A DNA stretch of 64,000 nucleotides from Chitinophaga pinensis (GTDB taxonomy: Bacteria > Bacteroidota > Bacteroidia > UKL13-3). The position numbers and the translations under genes were made by a program. Positions within the stretch are counted from its first letter, which is position 1; the number at the start of each line of letters is the position of its first letter. The stretch is taken from the NCBI GenBank assembly GCA_943372215.1, contig CALRXU020000022.1, positions 1,975 to 65,974 of the forward strand. Reading direction: 5' to 3'. Below the pieces are notes generated by a model. It ran no database searches, was not told the DNA's origin, and saw only the letters and a program-made list of their open reading frames with translations. Positions 47,401 to 55,662 of the stretch are shown piece after piece.

Positions 47401-50400
47401 GCACGAATACCACCAACAGTATTACCCAACTCATGATTTACCAAAAGTGTAAATGTTCCATTGCCATTATCATAAGCACCAGCACCATCAGGAATACCAA
47501 CCATTTTATAACCATTGCTTGTGCTATCGCCAACGGTAATAATAGCGGTGGTTTTAACACCAGGAGCAGCAGGAACGATGTAAGGTGTTTGCGTGCTGCT
47601 TGGTCCGGCACCAGCAAAAGCGTTGGCAGTTTTTGGATTAAATAACCTCAAAATTTGCCCGCCTTCAACCAAATCACCAGGCAAAGCATAATGAGCTTGG
47701 TCAACCATTAAGAAGTTACCAGCACCTAAAATGTCTTGCACATCAATAATACCTGAAGCCTCTTCATCAATAGTTAAAAAGTTAGGCGCACCAGCAATAA
47801 ACCTTGTTGAGTCGTGGTAAGCAATTACCGTAAGTTGATCTAAAGCCGTATTGTATTGCCATATTTTACCAATATGAGCGTTGCTTCCAACATCTTCTTG
47901 AATTAATAAGTTTCCAAAATTATCAAAGCCGATGTTATCCATCATTTTAGGACCTTCAGTTCCATCCAATACAGCTGTAATTGTACCACCAGTAGTTGGG
48001 TTTTTGATGTCGTTAAAACGCAATCTCCATAAACGGCTTGGCGCAGTAAATGCATTGGTGGTTACAAAGTAAAAGTCATTTGGACTAGCAGGATCCCAAG
48101 CACCATCTTCTGGACGTAAGAAATTAGTTACACCAAGCGAATTGCTGCGGGTATTTAAAGCAGCACCAGTTGAATCTTTTACATTGCCCAAATCAACTAA
48201 AGTAAATGCAGTATTAGGAGTTGGGAAGCTGCCAGAAACCTCAGTAGTTAATCCAGCTACAGCCACACCATACAATTTACCATTGGTTAAACCAGCCCTA
48301 TCAACCTCAGTTCCAGTATTGGTTTTAGTACCAATATACATGTAAACTTGTCCAGGAGTGGCATCATCTGTTCCTGCCACAACGGTTAAGTTACCAGAAG
48401 CAGGGGTAGCCACTGCATTTTCCCATGAGAATTTACCTAAGCCAGGTAACTCATAAGAAGTACCTGCATTAACGCCAGTAGCAATGTGTCCGAAAGCACG
48501 GCCTTCAGCACCAATCTCTTCACCATTCATAAAAATGCGCTCTTGCGTACCCAAGCCAGTAGCCGGGTTAAAAAATGCATTTACAGGAGGTAAATCTGCA
48601 GAGCAAAAACGGCCAAACGCTTTTTTGCTGGTAGTATCTGCTGGGTTAAATAAAGTATAACCAATACCAGGAGTATATAAGTTAACTTTAGAAATTAAAT
48701 CAGAACCAGAAACAACGGATAAGTTACTTTTGTTAATTACCCATTTAGAAACAAATGCACCTTTAGCACCATGAGCACGAACTCCGCCAGCAGTGCTGCC
48801 TAACTCATGATTTACCAAAAGGGTAAATGTTCCATTGCCATTGTCATAAGCACCAGCACCATCAGGGATACCAACCATTTTATAACCAGTACTTGTGCTA
48901 TCGCCAACGGTGATAATCGCATCAATATCTACACCAGCAGTAGCAGGTAATAAATATGGAGATTGTGAGCTATTTGGTCCAGCACCAGCAAAAGCATTAG
49001 CCGTTGTTGGGTTAAACATGCTTAAAATTTGTCCACCTTCAACCAAATCTCCAGCTATAGCATAATGAGCCTGATCAACCATTAAGAAGTTACCAGCACC
49101 TAGAATATCTTGCACGTCAATAATACCTGAACCTTCTTCATCAATGGTTAAGAAGTTAGGTGCACCTGTAACAAATCTGCTAGAATCATGTGATGCAATT
49201 AAAGTTAGTTTATCCAAAATGGTATTGTATTGCCAGGTTTTACCAAGATGAGCATTGCTTCCAACATCTTCTTGAATTAATAAGTTTCCAAAGTTATCAA
49301 AACCAATGTTATCCATCATTTTAGGTCCTTCAGTACCATCCAATACCGCATTAATTGTACCACCAGCAGTTGGGTTTTTGATGTCGTTAAAACGTAATCT
49401 CCACAAGCGGCTTGGTGCAGTAAAGGCATTTGTAGTTACAAAGTAAAAATCATTTGGATTAGCAGGATCCCATGCACCGTCTTCAGGGCGTAAGAAGTTT
49501 GTTACTCCTAACGTATTACTTCTGGTGTTTAAGGCAGCACCACTAGAGTCTCTTACATTGCCTAAATCCAATAAGAAGAATTGGGTGTTCGGGAAAGGCA
49601 AACTGGTTGATGACTCAGCAGTCAAACCATTTACAGCTACACCATACAATTTGCCATTGGTTAAACCAGCTCTGTCAACCTCAGTTCCAGTATTGGTTTT
49701 AGTGCCAATATATATGTAAACCTGTCCAGGTGTAGCATCATCTGTGCCAGCCACAACAGTTAAGTTACCAGAAGCAGGGGTAGCAACTGCATTTTCCCAA
49801 GAGAATTTACCTAAGCCAGGTAACTCATAAGTAGTACCTGCATTAACGCCAGTTGCAATGTGTCCGAAAGCACGGCCTTCAGTTCCATTTTCTTCACCAT
49901 TCATAAAAATACGCTCTTGAGTGCCCAAACCAGTAACAGGGTTGTAAAACGCATTTATAGGAGGTAAATCTGCAGAGCAAAAACGGCCAAACGCTTTTTT
50001 GCTGGTAGTATCTGCTGGGTTAAATAAAGTATAACCAACACCAGGAGTATATAAGTTAACTTTAGAAATTAAATCAGAACCAGAAACAACGGATAAGTTA
50101 CTTTTGTTAATTACCCATTTAGAAACAAACGCACCTTTAGCACCATGAGCACGAACTCCGCCAGCAGTGCTGCCTAACTCGTGGTTTACCAAAAGTGTAA
50201 ATGTTCCGTTGCCATTGTCATAAGCACCAGCACCATCAGGGATACCAGCCATTTTATAACCTGTGCTTGTGCTATCACCAACTGTAATAATTGAAGTTAA
50301 GGTAACTCCAGGTTGCGCGGGTAGTAAGTATGGTGTTTGTGATGAACTTAAACCTGTTTGACCTTGAGACAAGGTAGGAGCAATTGGTCTTCTGTAATTT

Positions 50401-51728
50401 GCCAATTTATCAGCACCACTTAAACGGTAAGTTACAAGATGGCTGGTAAGGTTTGTGGCTACAGGAATTCCGTCAGCCAATGAAGAGCTTTGCCCATAGT
50501 CATTGTCGTTACATATAGCAATGGTACTGTCATTAATAATGGCTAAACCTTCTGCTTTGTCGTAAGCCGCAGGCCAAGCATTGGCCAATAAATCCATTTC
50601 TAATGTTTTTCTTACAGCTTTAATACCAAATCCAGCAAGTCCTGTTGAGTCAGCTAGAGCCTCTAAAGTGCTTGTGCCACCATATAAACCAGAGTTGACA
50701 GCAGTAGCTCCATTTATATTAATCATGTACAAACGTTTAAAGTCACTGGTTCCGCGAGCTGCAGCTTCCAATACTAAAAAAGTACTATCATTAATGGCAG
50801 CCATATCACCAATTTTCCAATCTTGCGGGCGAATTTGATTTCCGCCAGAAGCTCCAATAGTACCATCATTAATATAAACCAACATGCGTGTTACATTGGT
50901 TGCAGGATCAATCTCTAAAATGCGGTGTATACGAGAAGTTGCAGCAACTGCTGAACTTGGATAGTATATAGGACTTTGAATAGCGGCATAAATTTTACCA
51001 TTTGGGGCCATAGCAATACCTTCAAAACCACGGTTGTTTCTGCGGTACTTAAATGCGGTGTCGATAGCAACGTCAACTGATTGTAGTCCAGATAAATTTG
51101 CATAAGGAGTATAACGGGTTAATAAAACACCATTAGGGCTTACTTTCCAAATGGTTGGCCCACCTTCTTCACAAAGCCAGAAATTTCCGTCTTTATCTAA
51201 AATAATACCTTCGGCATCAATACCAAAAGTATCTTTAGGGGTAGTTTTTAAGTTGAAATTAGCACAATCTTGTACCGTATCAGTTGATGCTACTTCAGTG
51301 GCAGTACTACCTAATCCAGTAGGGTTAATAATACCAGAAGCAACAGTGCCATTAGGACGCTTAATAGTAATTGTTTGTAAAATTTGAATAGAGTTACCAA
51401 TAACCCTAATGCGATGGATTTTTGGTGCATAAGATGGGAATGCATACATCTTGTCGTAAGTTGGTCGGCAAGCTGGTAAGTTGGCATTTGCACAATCAAC
51501 ATTTACACCCCTGTCAGAGCAAACCCAAAACTCTGTTCCATTGGTGCCCGCAATTGGGTACAGCCCAGAAAAACCTGCTTCACGGAAATTCACCCCTTTG
51601 TAGGTTCCAATAGCAGGGGAGTTGGTGTTTTCGTAGTCAACTAATTTGTTAATTTGGGCATTGCTTTCTGCTTGGGAGAGTAGGAGAAAACAAAAGCCGA
51701 GAAAGGCTCGAGTCAAATTTTTTGTCAT
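44478..51728 (-). CDS. 2416-aa secreted multidomain protein: phytase-like domain + 3x PhoX/DUF839-like modules + 4x choice-of-anchor-D-like repeats + T9SS sorting domain
   Basis: Single uninterrupted ORF with the signal peptide MTKNLTRAFLGFCFLLLSQAESNAQ. See the sub-features for each domain. Confidence 0.9.
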   Translation of the reverse strand: MTKNLTRAFLGFCFLLLSQAESNAQINKLVDYENTNSPAIGTYKGVNFREAGFSGLYPIAGTNGTEFWVCSDRGVNVDCANANLPACRPTYDKMYAFPSYAPKIHRIRVIGNSIQILQTITIKRPNGTVASGIINPTGLGSTATEVASTDTVQDCANFNLKTTPKDTFGIDAEGIILDKDGNFWLCEEGGPTIWKVSPNGVLLTRYTPYANLSGLQSVDVAIDTAFKYRRNNRGFEGIAMAPNGKIYAAIQSPIYYPSSAVAATSRIHRILEIDPATNVTRMLVYINDGTIGASGGNQIRPQDWKIGDMAAINDSTFLVLEAAARGTSDFKRLYMININGATAVNSGLYGGTSTLEALADSTGLAGFGIKAVRKTLEMDLLANAWPAAYDKAEGLAIINDSTIAICNDNDYGQSSSLADGIPVATNLTSHLVTYRLSGADKLANYRRPIAPTLSQGQTGLSSSQTPYLLPAQPGVTLTSIITVGDSTSTGYKMAGIPDGAGAYDNGNGTFTLLVNHELGSTAGGVRAHGAKGAFVSKWVINKSNLSVVSGSDLISKVNLYTPGVGYTLFNPADTTSKKAFGRFCSADLPPINAFYNPVTGLGTQERIFMNGEENGTEGRAFGHIATGVNAGTTYELPGLGKFSWENAVATPASGNLTVVAGTDDATPGQVYIYIGTKTNTGTEVDRAGLTNGKLYGVAVNGLTAESSTSLPFPNTQFFLLDLGNVRDSSGAALNTRSNTLGVTNFLRPEDGAWDPANPNDFYFVTTNAFTAPSRLWRLRFNDIKNPTAGGTINAVLDGTEGPKMMDNIGFDNFGNLLIQEDVGSNAHLGKTWQYNTILDKLTLIASHDSSRFVTGAPNFLTIDEEGSGIIDVQDILGAGNFLMVDQAHYAIAGDLVEGGQILSMFNPTTANAFAGAGPNSSQSPYLLPATAGVDIDAIITVGDSTSTGYKMVGIPDGAGAYDNGNGTFTLLVNHELGSTAGGVRAHGAKGAFVSKWVINKSNLSVVSGSDLISKVNLYTPGIGYTLFNPADTTSKKAFGRFCSADLPPVNAFFNPATGLGTQERIFMNGEEIGAEGRAFGHIATGVNAGTSYELPGLGKFSWENAVATPASGNLTVVAGTDDATPGQVYMYIGTKTNTGTEVDRAGLTNGKLYGVAVAGLTTEVSGSFPTPNTAFTLVDLGNVKDSTGAALNTRSNSLGVTNFLRPEDGAWDPASPNDFYFVTTNAFTAPSRLWRLRFNDIKNPTTGGTITAVLDGTEGPKMMDNIGFDNFGNLLIQEDVGSNAHIGKIWQYNTALDQLTVIAYHDSTRFIAGAPNFLTIDEEASGIIDVQDILGAGNFLMVDQAHYALPGDLVEGGQILRLFNPKTANAFAGAGPSSTQTPYIVPAAPGVKTTAIITVGDSTSNGYKMVGIPDGAGAYDNGNGTFTLLVNHELGNTVGGIRAHGARGAFVSKWMIDKKSLAVISGADLISKVNLYTPGVGYTLFNPADTTSKKAFGRFCSADLPPINAFYNPVTGLGTQERIFMNGEENGTEGRAFGHIATGVNAGTSYELPGLGKFSWENAVATPASGNLTVVAGTDDATPGQVYMYVGTKTNTGTEVDRAGLTNGKLYGVAVAGLTTEVSGSFPTPNTAFTMVDLGNVRDSSGAALNTRSNNLGVTNFLRPEDGAWDPASPNDFYFVTTNAFTAPSRLWRLRFNDIKNPTTGGTITAVLDGTEGPKMMDNIGFDNFGHLLIQEDVGNNIHIGKVWEYTTATDQLRVLAYHDSTRFITGAPNFLTIDEEASGIIDVQDILGAGNFLMVDQAHYTLPGDLVEGGQILKLYSAETANSNPEVSVFGGAVEIPNNDVTPLVSDSTDFGSSVVGTSRTRTYSIRNAGPGSLTLRGISFTGANAADFALNSSLTFPISIPANGTQNIVVRFIALGSGTRSANIQLNTNDFDEGTFTYALRGTVSPADINIQGNGNNVADGDVTPATNDNTDFGTIDLSSNASRAFSIQNIGSDSLRVTGITFTGAQNTEFALTGTNSFPMVIAPGTNRSITVRCTPIAFGLRSATVNIASNDADENPYDFSIQATAITPEINIQGNNTNISNGDNTPSTVDFTNFGSVSKNGSINREFVVQNIGNDTLSITGASFTGTNASEFTLVAAPTFPLAILPNGSASMTVKFTPTSAGVRSGTINIGSNDLDEPAYSFALQGNSLEEEIVVIGDNNDIASGDVTPTVADNTDFGAIEKDAKRTNAFTVRNTGSDSLQVSAINFTGTNASEFTLVNTPTLPWNIAPNASQTISVQFAPLAEGNRTATISIVNSDENEGTFTFSLKGEATRKVGLNNANQLSSFVKLFPNPTSDNTTLTLLLSQQEEVTVNVVDIQGKEAIASVTKSLVAGENNLELPTAGLQNGVYFIHLTSGNKSNTIKLVVMH
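44481..44771 (-). other. T9SS (Por) C-terminal sorting domain of the giant protein
   Basis: KLFPNPTSDNTTLTLL...VNVVDIQGKE...LQNGVYFIHLTSGNKSNTIKLVVMH. Confidence 0.8.
44772..46238 (-). repeat. Four tandem units of 120-123 aa, Ig-like (choice-of-anchor-D-like)
   Basis: Units are at 44772-45140, 45141-45509, 45510-45878 and 45879-46238. Each has DFG...(R/Q)N(T/I/A)G...L.(V/I/L)..I.FTG.NA.(E/D)F.L......(I/M)AP......(V/I)...F.P...G.R.A...I.SND..E. Confidence 0.75.
46239..50348 (-). repeat. Three tandem 1374-bp (458-aa) near-identical units encoding PhoX/DUF839-like modules
   Basis: Unit boundaries are about 46239-47600, 47601-48974 and 48975-50348, fixed from the aligned (S/N)S(S/T)Q(T/S)PY starts. 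Each unit has GIPDGAGAYDNGNGTFTLLVNHEL, FGRFCSADL, MNGEE..EGRAFGH, FLRPEDGAWDP and IQEDVG. DNA identity between units is roughly 90% by eye. Confidence 0.85.
50349..51650 (-). other. N-terminal phytase-like (esterase-like activity of phytase) beta-propeller region of the giant protein
   Basis: FSGLYPIAG...FWVCSDRG, GIDAEGIILDKDGNFWLCEEG, NNRGFEGIAMAPNGKIYAAIQSP and KAEGLAIINDSTIAICNDND. Confidence 0.65.
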
Positions 51729-51927
51729 AACATTATTGTTTGCGACAAAGCAAGTAGAGCCATGTTGTCAAAACATCTATAATGAGTTAATAAAAGGTTA
51801 GCGAATAATTATGTAAATAAGAAGTGCGGACCAAATTACCCCCTCAGTTAACAAGGTGTAAATAACCGATGCTTATGGGAAAATCAGGTGGGAAAGCAGC
51901 AATTAAAAGGTAAAAAAGTAAAGAAGA

Positions 51928-52416
51928 TTAGTTTAATGCTGCTGAGCTGTCTTGTTGCAAGTGCCGTTTTGAAGCCTTTGCCCAATTCACCAATAGCAAC
52001 ATCTGAGCATCATTAAGCGTGGCATTTTTATGAAGAAGCGTATAAGAACCCAGCGGCATTTCACCAGATTCAACCATCTCAACTACTTCATCCAGCTTAT
52101 GCAATTGACGTTTCTTTTTATAAGAAGCAAACTCACTAAAGTTTAACTCACTTTTGCCTTCTTCTACATGATGATTCAACCAAAAACCAACAGGTTGGAT
52201 TCGGCTATACCAAGGATAAACAGTTGCATTACTGTGGCAATCATTGCAACTGGCAACTAACAGTTGCTTCACTTCGGGAGAAACAGGTACACAATTGGTA
52301 ATGTCTTGTTCACCAAAAGTACTCCCATTATTTTGGGTCATCGGTATAAACTGAATAAGCACCAATAAGATGATGAATACTATTCCAATTTGCAACACTC
52401 TTTTTTTTCTAAACAT
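51928..52416 (-). CDS. Heme-binding-domain (Haem_bd-like) membrane-anchored protein
   Basis: 162-aa ORF with one N-terminal TM, then CNDCHSN...YPWYSRIQPVGFWLNHHVEEGKSELNFSEF. Confidence 0.7.
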   Translation of the reverse strand: MFRKKRVLQIGIVFIILLVLIQFIPMTQNNGSTFGEQDITNCVPVSPEVKQLLVASCNDCHSNATVYPWYSRIQPVGFWLNHHVEEGKSELNFSEFASYKKKRQLHKLDEVVEMVESGEMPLGSYTLLHKNATLNDAQMLLLVNWAKASKRHLQQDSSAALN

Positions 52417-52496
52417 ATCAGATAGAACTTTATAACAACTGCAATTTCAACTTAATAAAGGTAATAATTGTAATTGTACCAATTTTAATATTAAAA

Positions 52497-53555
52497 CTAC
52501 TCCGCCTTAGCACCATTAGATACCAAGCACAAATTACTCACTTTATACAATAACCTTGCACCAACATTGGCATCCCATTCATCATTGCCTGGAGCTATTT
52601 CATTAATATCAAAAGCAATAATTTGTTTTTTTGCCGCTACCACTTGGCTTATTAAATAAACCAATTGTTCAAACTCAAAACCTCCTGGAACAGGCGTGCC
52701 GGTATTGGGGCATAATTTGGGGTCCAGCCCATCAATATCAATGCTTAAATAAATTTTATCAGGCAAAGATGCCACGATGTTGGCACATATTTTTTGCCAC
52801 GATTTGCCTTCATATTGCAACTGCTTTATATCACTATCAAAAAAGGTAGTTACTTTTTCGTTGGTATCAATAAGGTTTTTTTCATCTTCACAATAATCAC
52901 GAATACCAACTTGCACCAAGTTTGAGACCTGCTCAATTTTTAAAGCATTAAACATAATGGAGGCATGCGAAAATTCAAATCCTTCATAGGCATCCCGCAA
53001 ATCTGCATGTGCATCAATTTGTAAAATTCCAAACGATTCATGCTTTTCTGCAATGGCTTGAATTAATCCTAACGGAGTACTGTGATCACCACCTAGTAAA
53101 GCCACTACTTTCCCTTTATTAATTTGCTGCAATGCTTGCTTTTTAACCCATTTATTCAAGTCTTTACAGCCATCGTTCACTTCTTTTCTAATAGCTTTCA
53201 TTTCTTGGTTTTTGCCTGCATTTTTTCCTTCTGCATACAAATCAATATATCGTGTAGCCTTTTTACGAAGTTTATTGCTGGTTGCTTTAAGCTTTTTATT
53301 AACGGGTAACATAGCAATTCCAAGCTTCCAAGCATCTGCAATAATTGGGTCATACAAATCAACTTGATAAGATGCATCGTAAACAGCTTCTGGGCCTTTT
53401 GCAGTTCCACCACTGTAAGATACGGTAACCTCCCATGGAACAGGAACAATGACTAGTGAAGCTTCCTCAGGGGTGAATGGTAAGCCGAATATATTGTTGT
53501 CGGCATTTCCAATGTCATTTGGATTAAATGCAGCTATTTTTCCTTGTTTGTTCAT
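52497..53555 (-). CDS. Ureohydrolase (agmatinase / arginase / formimidoylglutamase) family protein
   Basis: 352-aa ORF with the Mn-site motifs LLGGDHS, QIDAHADLRD and SIDIDGLDP. Confidence 0.85.
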   Translation of the reverse strand: MNKQGKIAAFNPNDIGNADNNIFGLPFTPEEASLVIVPVPWEVTVSYSGGTAKGPEAVYDASYQVDLYDPIIADAWKLGIAMLPVNKKLKATSNKLRKKATRYIDLYAEGKNAGKNQEMKAIRKEVNDGCKDLNKWVKKQALQQINKGKVVALLGGDHSTPLGLIQAIAEKHESFGILQIDAHADLRDAYEGFEFSHASIMFNALKIEQVSNLVQVGIRDYCEDEKNLIDTNEKVTTFFDSDIKQLQYEGKSWQKICANIVASLPDKIYLSIDIDGLDPKLCPNTGTPVPGGFEFEQLVYLISQVVAAKKQIIAFDINEIAPGNDEWDANVGARLLYKVSNLCLVSNGAKAE

Positions 53556-53631
53556 GTAGTTTTTATGTTCAAAGCGTCATGAAAGTTATTCAATGCCATT
53601 CATGGTTGCGATTGTTTTTGTAATTAACTTG

Positions 53632-54030
53632 TTAGTTGTTTTTACTTTGTTGATTAACCATCTCACGAAGTTTGGCTGCATTAAGCGGTTTAGAATAAAA
53701 CTTAGTAATGAGTGGTCTTTTTTTGGCGTTCATGAAATCTTCGTCTATTAGTGATGAGGTGAGCAGGTAATATGGAATATTGTGCATGGCTTTGTAGTTA
53801 ACAGTAGCAACAACATCCATAAACGCCCATCCATCCATAATCGGCATACTGCCATCTACCAATATCAAATCAAATTTAGGTTGTTCGTTACGCAAAACCT
53901 CATCAATGGTTTCCAATGCCTCAGAACCACTGCGTGCAATAACCACTTCGGCATCTGGTATTTCGCCTAAAATAACGCGTTTGTTTAAGAAGTTTGTTAC
54001 CTCATCATCTTCAATTACAAGTATCTTCAT
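53632..54030 (-). CDS. Stand-alone response-regulator receiver protein
   Basis: 132-aa ORF, MKILVIEDDE...DLILVDGSMPIMDG...KP, with no output domain. It lies 7 nt downstream of the channel gene. Confidence 0.85.
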   Translation of the reverse strand: MKILVIEDDEVTNFLNKRVILGEIPDAEVVIARSGSEALETIDEVLRNEQPKFDLILVDGSMPIMDGWAFMDVVATVNYKAMHNIPYYLLTSSLIDEDFMNAKKRPLITKFYSKPLNAAKLREMVNQQSKNN

Positions 54031-54037
54031 GTATTGA

Positions 54038-55003
54038 TTATTCTTTTATCGTTAAAGTGTCTAGTTTTTCAATTGCACTAATTTCGTTTAACCTTAAAAC
54101 AGTAGCTGTTCCATCTTCGCTTCGATTAAACATGCTGGTGAATTTAGCATTTTCAATAATTTGTGAAGCCTTATATGAATACCTGGTATGTACATGCTGT
54201 GAGTAGGTATCGTCAAAAGCCTTTATAAAAAACATAAACTCAGCATCTCCATCAATCATATCTTTTAAGGTTACTTCATGCAAGGGGCTTTGTTCATCGA
54301 TGGGATGAACAATGGTCCAACTCAACGCAAGAGAGTTGATGCGACTCCTTTCTAAAGTAAGGTTATAGAACTTACGCATCACTTGATTGTCTTCAAGCAC
54401 ATTTAAAGTAAGTAGTAATTCTACTTCACACTCAATCAAATGGTTTTTTCGGGCATTGGCTATTCTAAACATAAGCCCGGTTTTATTTTGATAAGGAGCA
54501 ATAACCATCATGTTGCTATAAACGAGTTTTGCCACTGGCCTGCTAAACCTGCTATACAATAAACCTGTCATCAATGCAAAACTCATTAGCCCAACCAGGC
54601 ACTCAAACGAACTAATGAAATTAGCATGTAAACCAACAGGATTTTGCCTGCCATATCCAACGGTAGTAAGTGTTTGTGCACTAAAAAAGAAAGCATCCCA
54701 AAACTGTTCCCAAGTAGTTTGTCCCAAATCGCCTTGGATTTGATCCATACCAACCAATAGATATAACCCCGCAAAAAAGCAGTTTAAGATAATAAAAGCT
54801 CCAAAAACGAGTAAATTAAATTTCCAAGTAGGCAAGGTAATCAGCTCATGAAATACATTTAAACGCTGAAAAAAAGGAAGCCCGCTATGTTTAACATTGT
54901 AACTTCCATCGGCATTAATCAATCTTGAGCCCTGATTGTTGCTTTGACTACCAAAGCCAGTATCATTATCCGTTCTGTAACGTAACGAAAATCGTTTAAC
55001 CAT
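54038..55003 (-). CDS. Inward-rectifier-type potassium channel (KirBac-like)
   Basis: 321-aa ORF with two TM helices flanking the selectivity filter TLTTVGYG, followed by a Kir-type cytoplasmic beta-rich domain. Confidence 0.9.
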   Translation of the reverse strand: MVKRFSLRYRTDNDTGFGSQSNNQGSRLINADGSYNVKHSGLPFFQRLNVFHELITLPTWKFNLLVFGAFIILNCFFAGLYLLVGMDQIQGDLGQTTWEQFWDAFFFSAQTLTTVGYGRQNPVGLHANFISSFECLVGLMSFALMTGLLYSRFSRPVAKLVYSNMMVIAPYQNKTGLMFRIANARKNHLIECEVELLLTLNVLEDNQVMRKFYNLTLERSRINSLALSWTIVHPIDEQSPLHEVTLKDMIDGDAEFMFFIKAFDDTYSQHVHTRYSYKASQIIENAKFTSMFNRSEDGTATVLRLNEISAIEKLDTLTIKE

Positions 55004-55070
55004 TCATCAATGTTTAGTTAGCCAAAATATGGTTTTGTTTTGAAGTTTACAAAACGTAAAATTGAAATGT

Positions 55071-55649
55071 ATGAATACTGAATACTTTGCACACCAATCA
55101 GCCTTTATTGATGAGGGTTGCCAAATTGGTAAAGGAACAAAAATCTGGCACTTTTCCCACGTCATGTCTCATGCCATTATTGGCGAAAATTGCAATATCG
55201 GACAAAACGTAGTGATTAGCCCAGAAGTTGTTCTCGGAAATAATGTTAAAATTCAAAATAATGTATCCGTTTATACTGGAGTAACTTGTGATGATGATGT
55301 TTTTCTTGGTCCATCTTGTGTATTTACCAATGTAACCAATCCAAGAAGCGGTGTAAATCGTAGAGGGCAATACGCAAAAACCCATGTGGGAAAAGGCGCA
55401 TCAATTGGCGCTAATGCAACTATAGTATGCGGACATAATATTGGTGCATTTGCATTTATAGGAGCAGGTGCTGTGGTAACCAAACATGTTCCTGCTTATG
55501 CTCTGTTGGTGGGCAATCCGGCTAAACAAATTGGTTGGATGAGTGAGTACGGGCAACGATTATCTTTTGACGAAAATAACCGTGCTGTATGCACTGAAAG
55601 TGGTCAGGAGTATGAGCTAAACAACCAGATTTGTACCCGTATTAAGTAA
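55071..55649 (+). CDS. Left-handed beta-helix (hexapeptide) sugar N-acetyltransferase (WbpD/WlbB-like)
   Basis: Hexapeptide repeats run throughout, with GNPAKQIGWMSEYG at the C-terminus. The start was set to ATG 55071. Confidence 0.8.
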   Translation: MNTEYFAHQSAFIDEGCQIGKGTKIWHFSHVMSHAIIGENCNIGQNVVISPEVVLGNNVKIQNNVSVYTGVTCDDDVFLGPSCVFTNVTNPRSGVNRRGQYAKTHVGKGASIGANATIVCGHNIGAFAFIGAGAVVTKHVPAYALLVGNPAKQIGWMSEYGQRLSFDENNRAVCTESGQEYELNNQICTRIK

Positions 55650-55662
55650 TAAAAAACGTTTT

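Noticed and set aside
44905-51613. About 14 plus-strand ORFs of 61-87 aa inside the giant gene, including a periodic trio at 46765, 48142 and 49525 with near-identical products.
   Set aside because: All are antisense to one long, well-supported ORF. Their 1374-bp periodicity only mirrors the tandem repeat on the coding strand. Their low-complexity translations match no recognisable family.
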